This document shows positions 9,482 through 19,276 of a DNA stretch of 64,000 nt, piece after piece. The notes below the pieces were generated by a model. The model saw only the letters and a program-made list of their open reading frames with translations, did no database searches and had not been told where the DNA came from. A program made the translations under genes and the position numbers. Source of the DNA: Candidatus Borrarchaeum weybense (GTDB taxonomy: Archaea; Asgardarchaeota; Sifarchaeia; Borrarchaeales; Borrarchaeaceae); the NCBI GenBank assembly GCA_019057385.1, contig JAHQJS010000007.1, positions 1 to 64,000 on the forward strand. Direction: 5' to 3'. Numbering within the stretch: position 1 is the first letter of the stretch; each line of letters starts with the position of its first letter.

Positions 9482-10717
9482 ATGATTCGAAATGAGAGAA
9501 AATGGACTTATGAATTAATTGTTGAAAAGATTCCTCCCTTCAAATGGTTGCCTCGTCACTTCGATGTCCTGGCACAATTAATAATCATGGCAATTGTTGG
9601 CACTATAATAAACATCATTTTTCGTTTATCAGCAACGGTGCTGTTTTACGGTCTATTGGTAATTTTTGTTGTAATTTTATGGAGTGCTATTGCAATTTAT
9701 TACGGTCCAGCCCTTAGAAAATTACATCCTCCTATCAACTCTATTGAGAAAACAACCTTTGAGAAATATCGACAGCAGATGTTTGACTCTAAGATAATAC
9801 TTACAATTGGCTTGCTTATCTTCGGTGGTGGAATATTCTATTTCTTAACCCCTAATTTTGGATTAAACTCGTTTAGTGGTTGGCTAGATGGTAATTTAAA
9901 TCCAGTTTTATTGATCTTTGTATTCATTCTTTGGTGGGATGCGGCTTATCGAGCCGGATTAGGTCTTTACACATCAAGCCTAACCTTTTTTAAGAGTATA
10001 CAGCTTTACAACGCAGCAAAATTAAGGGGACCTTTGGAATACATGCCTATGGTCAATATAAGGACCTTCATAAAGGTAAGTTTAGCAAATCAATTATTCG
10101 GAACAGTGGCACTTCTCCTTCTACCAATATTTAAGGATGATAGGCTACTCCTCTCCGTTACAATTGGTTATTTTATTTTGGTTATTATGTTAGGCACTCT
10201 AGCTATAGGAGTTGTGGACGCTATTCCAAAACTTCCTCCTCATGTTCTTAAGCTCCTAAGAAATTCAGATTTTGCATATGTTGGCACTGTCGTGCCATTT
10301 AAGTTCACCCATGTTACACCTGTGATCTACGTATTTGATGGTCGGTCGTTATATTTCGCTACGTCTAAAAAATCCCAAAAGCTTAAAGATTTGGAGAAAA
10401 ACACAAAGATCGCATTTTTAGTTGACCACAGAGATCCTAATGAGAGTTATAACAATCAAGCATTATTAATTCATGGACGAGGAAAAGTCTACAACTTTAT
10501 TGAAACATTGATTCAAGGCATTCGCATGTTAAGAGCTAGACATCTCTTTACAAAAAAATACCCGCGCTATATGAGTGCGTATAAGAAGAAAGACAAAGAG
10601 GTGCCTTTAGCGTGGAAAACAAAACCATTCATCAGTCGAAAATTAGTTAGAGTGGATCCCGATAGAATGGTTTACTGGCATGGAGTTAAAATGATTGATA
10701 TTAGTGCAGCATTATAA
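9482..10717 (+). CDS. Multi-pass membrane protein fused to a C-terminal PNPOx-like domain
   Basis: About 6 hydrophobic segments, then FAYVGT...HVTPVIY...YFATSKKSQKLKDLEKNTKIAFLVD. Confidence 0.8.
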   Translation: MIRNERKWTYELIVEKIPPFKWLPRHFDVLAQLIIMAIVGTIINIIFRLSATVLFYGLLVIFVVILWSAIAIYYGPALRKLHPPINSIEKTTFEKYRQQMFDSKIILTIGLLIFGGGIFYFLTPNFGLNSFSGWLDGNLNPVLLIFVFILWWDAAYRAGLGLYTSSLTFFKSIQLYNAAKLRGPLEYMPMVNIRTFIKVSLANQLFGTVALLLLPIFKDDRLLLSVTIGYFILVIMLGTLAIGVVDAIPKLPPHVLKLLRNSDFAYVGTVVPFKFTHVTPVIYVFDGRSLYFATSKKSQKLKDLEKNTKIAFLVDHRDPNESYNNQALLIHGRGKVYNFIETLIQGIRMLRARHLFTKKYPRYMSAYKKKDKEVPLAWKTKPFISRKLVRVDPDRMVYWHGVKMIDISAAL

Positions 10718-10729
10718 GAGGCGAAAAAC

Positions 10730-11326
10730 ATGGAAAACATGACCCAACAAAAAATTCCGAAAAACATGTTAGATTTATTGGAAAACGGCACCTTTGCATA
10801 TCTATGTACCACAGACAAAAATTGGATGCCCCACATCGCCACGATATTTTATATATTTGATCTAAAGACACATGCGATTTACTTCATTACTTCTCCCACA
10901 TCGAAAAAATATCGAAACTTGCTAAATTATCCAAGACTTTCTTTGACCGTAGATAGGAGAGATATTCAAAATCCGTTCAATAATGAAGGACTCCTTGTGA
11001 GAGGAAAAGCATTACCAGTATATCAATTTTGGTCGCCAGAGCTAAAATTTACTTTAAATGCGATAGAACAAGACCAAAGAGGTTCTAATTTGTTCACGAG
11101 TTATATTAAACGAAGATATATTTCCCGTGAAGATTATAAAGCGTCAGAAACTATTTTACGTATACTTTCATTATTCCAAGAAAAATATCCTCAATTCCTC
11201 GCATCTCCAGGTCGAGATGTGGAGGTAGTGGCAGGTGGCTTAGAAAGAGTAATGATAGAACTACACATGATAAGTATTTCTTACTGGCGAGGTCCGAAAT
11301 TTAAAAAATTTAAAATGTCATCTTGA
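10730..11326 (+). CDS. PNPOx-like split-barrel protein
   Basis: FAYLCTTD...PHIATIFY...SKKYRNLLNYPRLSLTVD; paralogous to the C-terminal domain of the upstream gene. Confidence 0.85.
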   Translation: MENMTQQKIPKNMLDLLENGTFAYLCTTDKNWMPHIATIFYIFDLKTHAIYFITSPTSKKYRNLLNYPRLSLTVDRRDIQNPFNNEGLLVRGKALPVYQFWSPELKFTLNAIEQDQRGSNLFTSYIKRRYISREDYKASETILRILSLFQEKYPQFLASPGRDVEVVAGGLERVMIELHMISISYWRGPKFKKFKMSS

Positions 11327-11576
11327 TCGATAAGAGACTTAAACATTCTCAAGTCATCCCGTTATTATGTAATTCTCTATTATTTTAAACGAATTAATGA
11401 ATGCATAATGAAAGCATCTGGAAAAATAGTTGTTATAGAGCCATTTCTTCTTTTTCCTGCAATTTTTCTCTTGAGCCTTGATGATTTCATAGACTGTTTG
11501 AAATTCCTCAAACCTTGTATATGATGATTGATATAAGTTGAATTCGATATTTTCCAGGGTCTGAAACCCCTTATGA

Positions 11577-11867
11577 TTAACCTCCAGCAACTGGAGGAAA
11601 TATAAGGACTTCATCGCCGTTTTTAAGTGATGTATCAAGTTTTTGCAATGAATTAATGTTATTTCCGTTTACCATGACTACCCAATGATGTTTAAGCTGA
11701 TTAGAATTAGGATCCATAATTTTTTCGCGAAATCCATTTCCAAATTTTCTAAATAATGTTTCCAAGAGATTCTTAACTTTAGAATGTTCATCCAGTTCTA
11801 CTGATAACTCTTTTATTCCTAAAAAATCTCTTAGCATTGCCAACGGCTTAACATGAACAGCAATCAT
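11577..11867 (-). CDS. Ubiquitin-like sulfur carrier (SAMP/MoaD family)
   Basis: Beta-grasp size, VMVNG, C-terminal FPPVAGG. Confidence 0.93.
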   Translation of the reverse strand: MIAVHVKPLAMLRDFLGIKELSVELDEHSKVKNLLETLFRKFGNGFREKIMDPNSNQLKHHWVVMVNGNNINSLQKLDTSLKNGDEVLIFPPVAGG

Positions 11868-11881
11868 ATTCTTTATCCCTC

Positions 11882-12121
11882 CTAAGATTTTTGAATTGTA
11901 ATTTTATACTTGTTCCCTTCAATACATTCAACGCTAATGATTTTCCCTAAGTTTTGTGCCATAACACTTTTTGGAACATTATCGACTGATGGAAGGTAAT
12001 CTACGATTACTTCTAATATTCCTGAATCCATTTCTTCCAAATATGTCTTGGTCAGAACAAAGGTAAATGGGCATTGATAGCCTTGTAAATCAATTACCTT
12101 TCGCATATTTTCTTGGTTCAT
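11882..12121 (-). CDS. tusA: TusA-family sulfurtransferase
   Basis: IDLQGYQCPFT (CPxP-like), LEVIVD, 79 aa. Confidence 0.88.
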   Translation of the reverse strand: MNQENMRKVIDLQGYQCPFTFVLTKTYLEEMDSGILEVIVDYLPSVDNVPKSVMAQNLGKIISVECIEGNKYKITIQKS

Positions 12122-12139
12122 TAAAGCCCTCCTTTCAGA

Positions 12140-12982
12140 TTATCTGTCATTAGGTAATTCACACACATCATAAGATTCGTAATCATAGTTATTAACTAAA
12201 TCAACCGATAAATCACTGCAAGCCTTACAATTTCGATCTTTGGCTATATTCACAATAGTTGAAGACATTGAAAGCACATCAAAGATAAGCATGCGTCCAG
12301 TCAAAAGATCTCCTATACCCAATAAATATTTTAACGCTTCGCTAGCTTGTAAAGAACCAAATAATCCTGTTACCGCACCTAGAATACCCGCTTCTTGGCA
12401 TGATGGAATTAAACCTGGTGGTGGAGGATCTGGAAAAATACAACGATAACAATTTGAATTGCCTGGGACGACAGTTAATAATTGTCCTTCAAATCTCAAT
12501 ACTCCAGCAATCGTGAATGGCTTTCTTAAAGAGACACATGCATCATTTATTAAAAATTTCGTTGCAAAGTTATCAGATCCTTCTAATATGAAATCAAATT
12601 TGTCAATTATTTGATAAACATTTTTCTTTGTTATTCGATCTTGAATCGATGTTACTACCACATCTGGGTTAAGGGCTTCCAATTTTTCTGTTGCAGAAAC
12701 TGTTTTTGGCTTACCAACATCATTTGAAAAATGGAGAATCTGGCGTTGTAAATTTGAGATATCCACTTTGTCCATATCTACAATTCCAACCTCTCCAACG
12801 CCTGCTGCTACCAAATAGTATGCGGCGGGAGACCCTAATCCACCAGCACCGATAATCAGTACTTTAGACTCAAGTAGTTTTTTTTGTCCTTTTGCCCCTA
12901 CGTTTGGCAAAATGATTTGGCGGCTATACCTTTGTAATTGATCCATTGTAAACTCGAAGGGAAGCTGGGTCAAATTGCACAC
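12140..12982 (-). CDS. moeB: MoeB/ThiF-family E1-like adenylyltransferase
   Basis: RYSRQI, GAGGLG, SNLQRQ, CYRC, SCQEAG, CKAC. Confidence 0.93.
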   Translation of the reverse strand: MCNLTQLPFEFTMDQLQRYSRQIILPNVGAKGQKKLLESKVLIIGAGGLGSPAAYYLVAAGVGEVGIVDMDKVDISNLQRQILHFSNDVGKPKTVSATEKLEALNPDVVVTSIQDRITKKNVYQIIDKFDFILEGSDNFATKFLINDACVSLRKPFTIAGVLRFEGQLLTVVPGNSNCYRCIFPDPPPPGLIPSCQEAGILGAVTGLFGSLQASEALKYLLGIGDLLTGRMLIFDVLSMSSTIVNIAKDRNCKACSDLSVDLVNNYDYESYDVCELPNDR

Positions 12983-13247
12983 CTCAATTAATTATTCTTA
13001 TGACAGTGGCATATAAACCTTTGTATAGTGCTATTGTTGTTGCTGGACTTAATGTAAACGCAAACGTTATTTTAAAAAAGCAAATTTTAGGAATCATGAT
13101 AATGCTGAGAAATGTGCTCATCAGAGATATCTAAACTCATTACGTCAATCCTAAACTAAGAGCATGAACTATTAAGACTGCCAAATGTCCCTGCGTTAAA
13201 ATGTAAATCAAATAAGGCGCAAAAAAAATTTAAAGGGTTCTGATTCT

Positions 13248-14231
13248 TTAGACGTTGCTTTGTTCTTTTTTCACTTTCTGTTGATAGTATCTTACAATCT
13301 CCTGTGCATTCCTCTCTAATAAATACCTCTCATTACTTCTTATCGGATTATTCCTGAGATCCAGCACTTGGAGGTTACTGAGAAGCTCCAACTCTCTAAT
13401 CTCTTTAATCTTATTCCAACTAAGTACCAGTGTCAGAAGGTTAGTAAGAGGCTCTAATCCCCTAATTTCCTCTATTTGATTGCCTCCAAGATCTAGTATT
13501 TGGAGCTTAGTGAGATTTTCTAATCCACCAATTTCTTTTATTTGATTACCACTGAGCTCTAGCTCTCGGATGTTAGTAAGTGTCTCCAAAGCCTTGATCT
13601 CTTCTATCTGATTCATCTTAAGTGACAATATTTTTAGACTAGTGAGACGCTTCAATCCTCTAATCTCTTTAATCCTATTCCAACCAAGCGCTAGTGTTTG
13701 AAGATCAGTGAGGTATGCTAATCCTTTAATTTCTTCTATCTGATTTCGCTCGAGGTATAATTCCTTAAGGTTAATGAGGTGCTCCAAACCCTTAATTTCT
13801 TCTATCTGATTGCTAATAAGTTCTAGTGTTTGGAGTTCTGTAAGGTTCTCTAACCCCTCGATCTCTGCTATCCGATTTAAACTAATATGGAGTTTTTTTA
13901 GACTAGTGAGATGCTCCAATCCTTTAATCTCTTTTATCTGGTTGTCCCAAAGAAAAAGTTTTTCTAAGCGAGTAAGTGTCTCCAGTCCCTTGATTTCTGT
14001 AATCCGATTTTTCCAAAGGAACAATTTTTTTAGATGAGTAAGCTTTTCTAGCCCCGTGATCTCTTCTATCTGATTATGACTCAGATCTAGTTCTTGGAGA
14101 GATTTTAGATTCTCTAAACCCTTAATCTCACTGATATCAGTAATTTCTTTTCTACTAAGGTCGAGGATATTATCTCTTACATTATATTTTTCTCCTCTAA
14201 CTGTCACAAAATTTTTTGTCATAAGTTTCAT
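13248..14231 (-). CDS. SDS22-like leucine-rich repeat protein
   Basis: About 12 tandem 22-aa repeats LxxLxLxxNxIxEIxGLExLTx, capped by NNPI. Confidence 0.93.
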   Translation of the reverse strand: MKLMTKNFVTVRGEKYNVRDNILDLSRKEITDISEIKGLENLKSLQELDLSHNQIEEITGLEKLTHLKKLFLWKNRITEIKGLETLTRLEKLFLWDNQIKEIKGLEHLTSLKKLHISLNRIAEIEGLENLTELQTLELISNQIEEIKGLEHLINLKELYLERNQIEEIKGLAYLTDLQTLALGWNRIKEIRGLKRLTSLKILSLKMNQIEEIKALETLTNIRELELSGNQIKEIGGLENLTKLQILDLGGNQIEEIRGLEPLTNLLTLVLSWNKIKEIRELELLSNLQVLDLRNNPIRSNERYLLERNAQEIVRYYQQKVKKEQSNV

Positions 14232-14258
14232 CGCCTATTATAAAAGTATATAACAAAT

Positions 14259-14297
14259 ATGAGCTACCTCAAGCAAAATCATCGAGGCTTCCTGCTT
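14259..14297 (-). mobile_element. Degenerate solo IS200/IS605 right-end remnant
   Basis: Minus strand aagcaggaagcctcg...ttgaggtagctcat has the same ggaagcc-hairpin-ggta-Rytsay layout as the copies at 27582 and 58575-58608. Confidence 0.55.
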
Positions 14298-14312
14298 AGA
14301 GCTGTTGCTAAT

Positions 14313-15551
14313 TTATGGTAATCTTCCCATTATTTCTTCCGTGACTATCTTTTTCTTGAGGAGGTATTCCATAGTTCCCATACTCGCATATTTTGGGCCA
14401 GAGATCACTTTAGAAAAAGCATCTATTATGCGATCTATTCCTGGCATATATATGAGTCGATGTAGTATATTTGGCGCTGCTTCTAAGTAACTTGGTATTT
14501 CGGAGCCGATTAATATAGCTTTGTCCTCTCCAATTGAAAGAATTGCCTTTGGAAAATCTGTTGTATATTGTATGACATGAGTAAAGGATGGTTTGTGACC
14601 ATAAGCGATCAAACCTATGTTTTTAGCAACAGTCTTAGCTTCTTCTAAGGCTTCAGCAGCCATTTTTTGGGCTATTGTTCCATTAATTTTTATAAAAGCA
14701 GCGTCTCCAATTGCAAAAGAGTCCGCACTTCCTTTTATCAATAATCTTTCATCAACCTCAATATAACCTTTATATAAGTTTGCGCCAATAATTTTGGAGG
14801 TAATTTCAGGGCTCTGAACTCCAGCAGCCCAAATTGTTATATCTGCTTCAACAGTGCTACCGTCTTCGAGAATGCATCTTTCTTTCTCTATTTCTTTTAC
14901 TCCTTTCCCTAATAGAAAGTTTGTGCCACGTGAAATGAAATATTCATGTGCGATCTTTCGAGCTAAATCGTTGTTGTACATGGGCATTATTGAGTTCATT
15001 TTGTCGACTACAGTAACTTTACCATTCCTATTTTTGATCTTGAAAAAATCGAGTAGTTCAGCCACAATTTCTAGACCTACAAATCCTGCTCCTACAACTA
15101 CAATGTTAGGGTTTTCCAAATCCAATTGTATCAGTTTTTCGTGAATATTTATAAAATCAGATAGAGTATGAGCTGGAAGCGCAAGATTTGCTCCTATAAC
15201 ATTAAAAAAGTTAGGTTTTACACCTACGACCACGACCAAGACATCATAAGTTTTTTCCTTTCCATTAACTTTTAACTTTTTTCTATTTAAGTCGATGCTT
15301 TCAACATTGCCCACTGTTAGCTCAAAATCCCATTGTCTAGAAGCATTTTTAAGATCATATGAAAGTTCTTCGACTTTTATTTTTTCACTTATGATCTCTG
15401 CGCATCCTATTATATTCTCAAAGTACTTTTTATTAGTTATTAGTTCAATTTCTATATTTTCAACCTTTCTAAGTATTAGCTGTCTTAAAGTCTCTGTCCC
15501 ACCATAGCCTCCGCCAATTATTACTATCTTCTTGTTCATCCAATCACCCAA
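14313..15551 (-). CDS. NDH-2-like FAD-dependent pyridine nucleotide oxidoreductase
   Basis: IIGGGYGG, VVGAGFVGLE, IWAAG, FAIGD. Confidence 0.85.
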   Translation of the reverse strand: MGDWMNKKIVIIGGGYGGTETLRQLILRKVENIEIELITNKKYFENIIGCAEIISEKIKVEELSYDLKNASRQWDFELTVGNVESIDLNRKKLKVNGKEKTYDVLVVVVGVKPNFFNVIGANLALPAHTLSDFINIHEKLIQLDLENPNIVVVGAGFVGLEIVAELLDFFKIKNRNGKVTVVDKMNSIMPMYNNDLARKIAHEYFISRGTNFLLGKGVKEIEKERCILEDGSTVEADITIWAAGVQSPEITSKIIGANLYKGYIEVDERLLIKGSADSFAIGDAAFIKINGTIAQKMAAEALEEAKTVAKNIGLIAYGHKPSFTHVIQYTTDFPKAILSIGEDKAILIGSEIPSYLEAAPNILHRLIYMPGIDRIIDAFSKVISGPKYASMGTMEYLLKKKIVTEEIMGRLP

Positions 15552-15819
15552 ATAATTTTACGAAAATATATATTCTTTTTAAATTTTGATTTTAAAAAAT
15601 CCAAATACTTTTTGCTTTAATTCCAATTTGATTCTAGTGGTTTGTTTAAAGTGAGTTACTATGCTGTAATATGTGTCAAGTGGTTATTATGTGTCCTTTA
15701 TTTCAATTAGTCTTTGATTAATTCAAAAAAGGACGAATTCCTGTAAAATAAACTACGATATCATTCATTGCATGTATGCGTTATTTCATCGCCAACTCAG
15801 GACGATATTATCAATTCGT

Positions 15820-15945
15820 TTACTCGCTTCCTTTCCTAGGATAACTTTTAACAATTTTAGCTGCTATAATCTGCGCTTTAATAGCGTCTTCAACTGTTAA
15901 TGGCTTTTTTCCTTGAATAATGCATTCTATAAAGTATAAATCGTT
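15820..15945 (-). pseudogene. Fragment resembling the C-terminus of a Gfo/Idh/MocA oxidoreductase
   Basis: Start-less frame NDLYFIECIIQGKKPLTVEDAIKAQIIAAKIVKSY..., preceded by an in-frame TAA. Confidence 0.45.
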
Positions 15946-16016
15946 TTATGTCATCTCAATAAAAGAATAACCGAAAATATCAAAGAACAGAGAATCACAA
16001 AAATGCATCTAAGAAT

Positions 16017-16823
16017 CTATTTTTGTTTCCATTTTTGTGGTACCATCGGTTTATATCCCTCAAGATCTAAATACACGTGTTTATATCCTAGATCCTTTAG
16101 GTGTGTAACTATTTTATTTATTGTTTCGTTATCAAATAGTTTATCAAATTCATTATGTCCAATTTCTATTTTAGCAAAATCATCATAGTCACGCACACGT
16201 AAAACACGAACGTCCTTTAAAACTTCCCGAACAAACTTTTCTGCCTTCCCTACGCGAAATATTTTTTCTTCGGTAATTATTTGACCATAAGGTATTCTAG
16301 AGGAAAGACATGCTAAAGGAGGCTTGTTTGCAAAAGAAAACCCACGAGATTGTGCAATTTGTCTTATTTCTGGTTTTGTAATACCGGCCTCGGCTAAGGG
16401 GCTTCTGATGCCCAATTCTTTTAATGCAACATAACCAGGTCTATGTTCTTTCAATTCAGAGGCGTTAGTTCCATCAATAATAAGGTCTGCTCCTTCTTGA
16501 GCCCGAAACTCACTTAAAACTTCAAATAACGCTTTCTTACAGTAATAACACCTATTCTCTGGATTTTTTGCAAATTCTGGATGTGCTAATTCGTCAACTT
16601 CTATGATGATATGGGTGATACCCATTTCTTCTGCAATTCTCTTCGCATCTTCGATTTCGCCAAGTGGAACAGTTTGTGAGTTAGCAGTGATAGCTAAGAC
16701 TTTTTTAGCAACATCTTTTGCCAATAAAGCAATTGTCGAACTATCCACTCCTCCAGAAAACGCTACAACTACCGTCTTATCTCGCAAGATATCGTAAACA
16801 CGTTCAATCTTTTCTTCAAGCAT
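16017..16823 (-). CDS. larE: LarE-family ATP-dependent sulfur transferase
   Basis: PP-loop AFSGGVDSS, NRCYYCK, DGTN, RPG, CLSSRIPYG, RVR. Confidence 0.92.
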   Translation of the reverse strand: MLEEKIERVYDILRDKTVVVAFSGGVDSSTIALLAKDVAKKVLAITANSQTVPLGEIEDAKRIAEEMGITHIIIEVDELAHPEFAKNPENRCYYCKKALFEVLSEFRAQEGADLIIDGTNASELKEHRPGYVALKELGIRSPLAEAGITKPEIRQIAQSRGFSFANKPPLACLSSRIPYGQIITEEKIFRVGKAEKFVREVLKDVRVLRVRDYDDFAKIEIGHNEFDKLFDNETINKIVTHLKDLGYKHVYLDLEGYKPMVPQKWKQK

Positions 16824-17427
16824 CTTAAGTTACACCTCTCTACCATATATGACACTGGAATACAATATAAATAAGAGTTTCGACATAAGCAAATTTAGAA
16901 ATTCTAATAAAAATCTTAAAATCTTTCATAATTAGAAAGAACTCATTTACAGCACCGAAAATATCATTAAAAGACGATTGACTAAGGATAAACTTCATAA
17001 CTTAAATTACTCAGTCTGTTATTATTTTCCAATGTTTTCCACAGTTTTTTGCAGTACCTTCTTTAGAGAAATGCCCTACTTCCTTTAATCGATTCTTCTG
17101 AATATGGCTCATTAGTACTTAAAAGCCAACAAGATCTAGAAGAAAAATGTAAAAATATGTTGAAAGAATGAGTCCGAATTTGATTATCCATTCAGCATCC
17201 TACGATCTATTGAGTCTTATGAAGCCTTTGGAGAGATATCTTTCCAAGATTTCTTGTTATGTTAACATCTGCGTGAAAATTGTAATCTGTTATCTTTTAT
17301 TAAGGAGATAGAACATTCATAAGGCAACATGTTGCTTGAAATACAAATTCGAAAGAACATTTAGTTTGAAGTTCTAGTTATCAAAAAAGAGGAAGACAAA
17401 TTAGAAGATTCTACAAGACAACAAAAA

Positions 17428-17670
17428 TCATTTTGACTTCATTTGTTCAAATTCTATCTCTGCTTGGATTTCGTGAAGTTGAGCTCGCAACTTCGCCTCA
17501 TGTGCCTTTTCTTGTTCTATCAACAAAGAAAACAGCCTTTGAGTGTTCTCAGTTATTGCTTTCAGAAATGCTTCAGTGTAATAGCGCATAGAGGCTTGTT
17601 CACGAGCGATAGCAATTGTGATTATTTCCTTCATTTCTTCCAACTCTTTTATTTTACTAGACATACGCAC
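17428..17670 (-). CDS. Half-ferritin (two-helix rubrerythrin-like) protein
   Basis: AIAREQASMRYY...EQEKAH: one Ex6Y plus one ExxH half site. Confidence 0.75.
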   Translation of the reverse strand: MRMSSKIKELEEMKEIITIAIAREQASMRYYTEAFLKAITENTQRLFSLLIEQEKAHEAKLRAQLHEIQAEIEFEQMKSK

Positions 17671-17738
17671 ACCTCATTTGTTATTACTTAAAGAATTAGT
17701 TCTCATATTAATGCAAGCAGATCCTCGATTTGCAATTT

Positions 17739-17981
17739 CTATTTCAGTTTCTTTCGTTCCGCTTCTATAATTGATTGGATTTCGTTAATATGACTTCTAA
17801 TCTTTATCACATGTCCTTTCTCTTCTTCTAACAAGGTCCAAATCATTTTTTGGGCCCTTTCGGTCGTCGCTTTTTGGTAGATTTCCGTATAATAGAGTAC
17901 AGTACTTTGTTCGCGGGCTAAGGCGATGGACAATATTTCAGCCATTTCTTCCAACTCTTTAATTCTTTTCGACAAATTCAC
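17739..17981 (-). CDS. Half-ferritin (two-helix rubrerythrin-like) protein, paralog
   Basis: ALAREQSTVLYY...EEEKGH; same length and IKELEEM N-terminus as its neighbour. Confidence 0.75.
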   Translation of the reverse strand: MNLSKRIKELEEMAEILSIALAREQSTVLYYTEIYQKATTERAQKMIWTLLEEEKGHVIKIRSHINEIQSIIEAERKKLK

Positions 17982-17999
17982 ACCCCTAATGTAATAACT

Positions 18000-18689
18000 C
18001 TAGGAATAGACTATTTTGCCTCCATAGTGACCAAGAATTGTAGCTATCGGCACTAAACTCCATATTAAAGCCAAGTAAATGTAACTTAAGTTAGTGATTG
18101 CCATTAGGATGTTCGGATTCAAAGTTCGCCATGTAAAACCTGCTGTGATGATTGAGATTAACAAAACAGTATATACTATTTTGCGAACAAAGGTTTTAGT
18201 CCTTCTCCCTTCGTAAGTGACTTTCCAACTGAAGACGCCCGAGAGTGCACACGGAGGACCAGTCAAGAATCCCACTATAAGCATATAATACGAGGCTGCT
18301 TCAAAAGTGGTTTCGCCTGTGAAAGCATAAAGAAGAGTTAATAAAGAAATAACGATAGAATATGCAATAGAAAAATGAACTACTATGGGATGAAGATGTA
18401 ATCCCTCCAGTCTTTGTACAAGTTTCTGCCTAGTTTGTCCCTCCACAGTTAACTCACCGACAATAGGAAATTGCACGAAAACCATTTCGTCGTGAGGAGC
18501 GTTTATCATTCCCGGAGTTAAATCATCTCCAGCGAAGTGGCGTCCTGCATGCTTTCCGTCTTTCCATAAGCTACTGTTTGAAACGTCATAGATTTTTCCT
18601 TTATAGGCTACATAAGAAGGTCTGCCTTCTTTGCCGTCAAATTGCTTCAATTCCGAGATTGTGAAGCGTCTTAATTCTTTTTCTATCAT
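18000..18689 (-). CDS. Cytochrome b5-like heme-binding domain fused to a 4-TM (DUF2231-like) domain
   Basis: ELKQFDGKEGRPSYVAYKGKIYDVS...H.AG.DLT...APH; then HPIVVHF and GHYGGKIVY. Confidence 0.85.
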   Translation of the reverse strand: MIEKELRRFTISELKQFDGKEGRPSYVAYKGKIYDVSNSSLWKDGKHAGRHFAGDDLTPGMINAPHDEMVFVQFPIVGELTVEGQTRQKLVQRLEGLHLHPIVVHFSIAYSIVISLLTLLYAFTGETTFEAASYYMLIVGFLTGPPCALSGVFSWKVTYEGRRTKTFVRKIVYTVLLISIITAGFTWRTLNPNILMAITNLSYIYLALIWSLVPIATILGHYGGKIVYS

Positions 18690-18988
18690 TTTTTAGCCAC
18701 CTAGCGTGGAGTTTTACCAAGGATATTTATTTAATTATTTGAATTCTCATATTACCCTATGCGGAATAAAAATGTTGACTTAATTACACTACTATTATGT
18801 TAGTTTGTTCGATCTATTAGGATTACAGTTAATTCAAAAAGAATTTAAAAAAGTAAATGAAAGGAAGGTGCATCAGTCCTTCATCAAATACTCATTGGTT
18901 CCTCCGGTCTGTTCAAGAAAAATATCTAGTCATTCACCAGTGAGTATATACTTAGCATGAAGGTTCTCATTTATTCTGATAGCAAGAG

Positions 18989-19222
18989 TCATAAGCGATG
19001 TTCCAGAAGTTTCTTCGTCATGTCAAGGAAGATTATGCTGGCTATAATCGGATAGACCCAGATCCATCTCGGAAATAGAAACAGTGCTAGATTGAACATA
19101 AATCTTCTCCCAATTAATATGGGGATCAATAGATCTGTCAATCCCAGGAATAATAGTCCTATAAAAATTAAAGCGCACAAACTGAAGTATGTTATACTGA
19201 AATAACTTCTAGGACTCTGCAA
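18989..19222 (-). CDS. Small hydrophobic hypothetical protein or gene remnant
   Basis: Two hydrophobic stretches, TTG start, no recognisable motif. Confidence 0.3.
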   Translation of the reverse strand: MQSPRSYFSITYFSLCALIFIGLLFLGLTDLLIPILIGRRFMFNLALFLFPRWIWVYPIIASIIFLDMTKKLLEHRL

Positions 19223-19276
19223 ATCTATAGAAGCAATGTTAGAAATTCCTTTGCGAAAACAAATATCTTGTTCAAA

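Noticed and set aside
11354-11638. 94-aa ORF overlapping the SAMP gene end
   Set aside because: Starts inside SAMP in another frame, no motif; probably spurious or decayed
16980-17115. Short minus-strand frame (RLKEVGHFSKEGTAKNCGKHWKII) resembling a wHTH C-terminus
   Set aside because: Too short and weak to call; at most a gene relic
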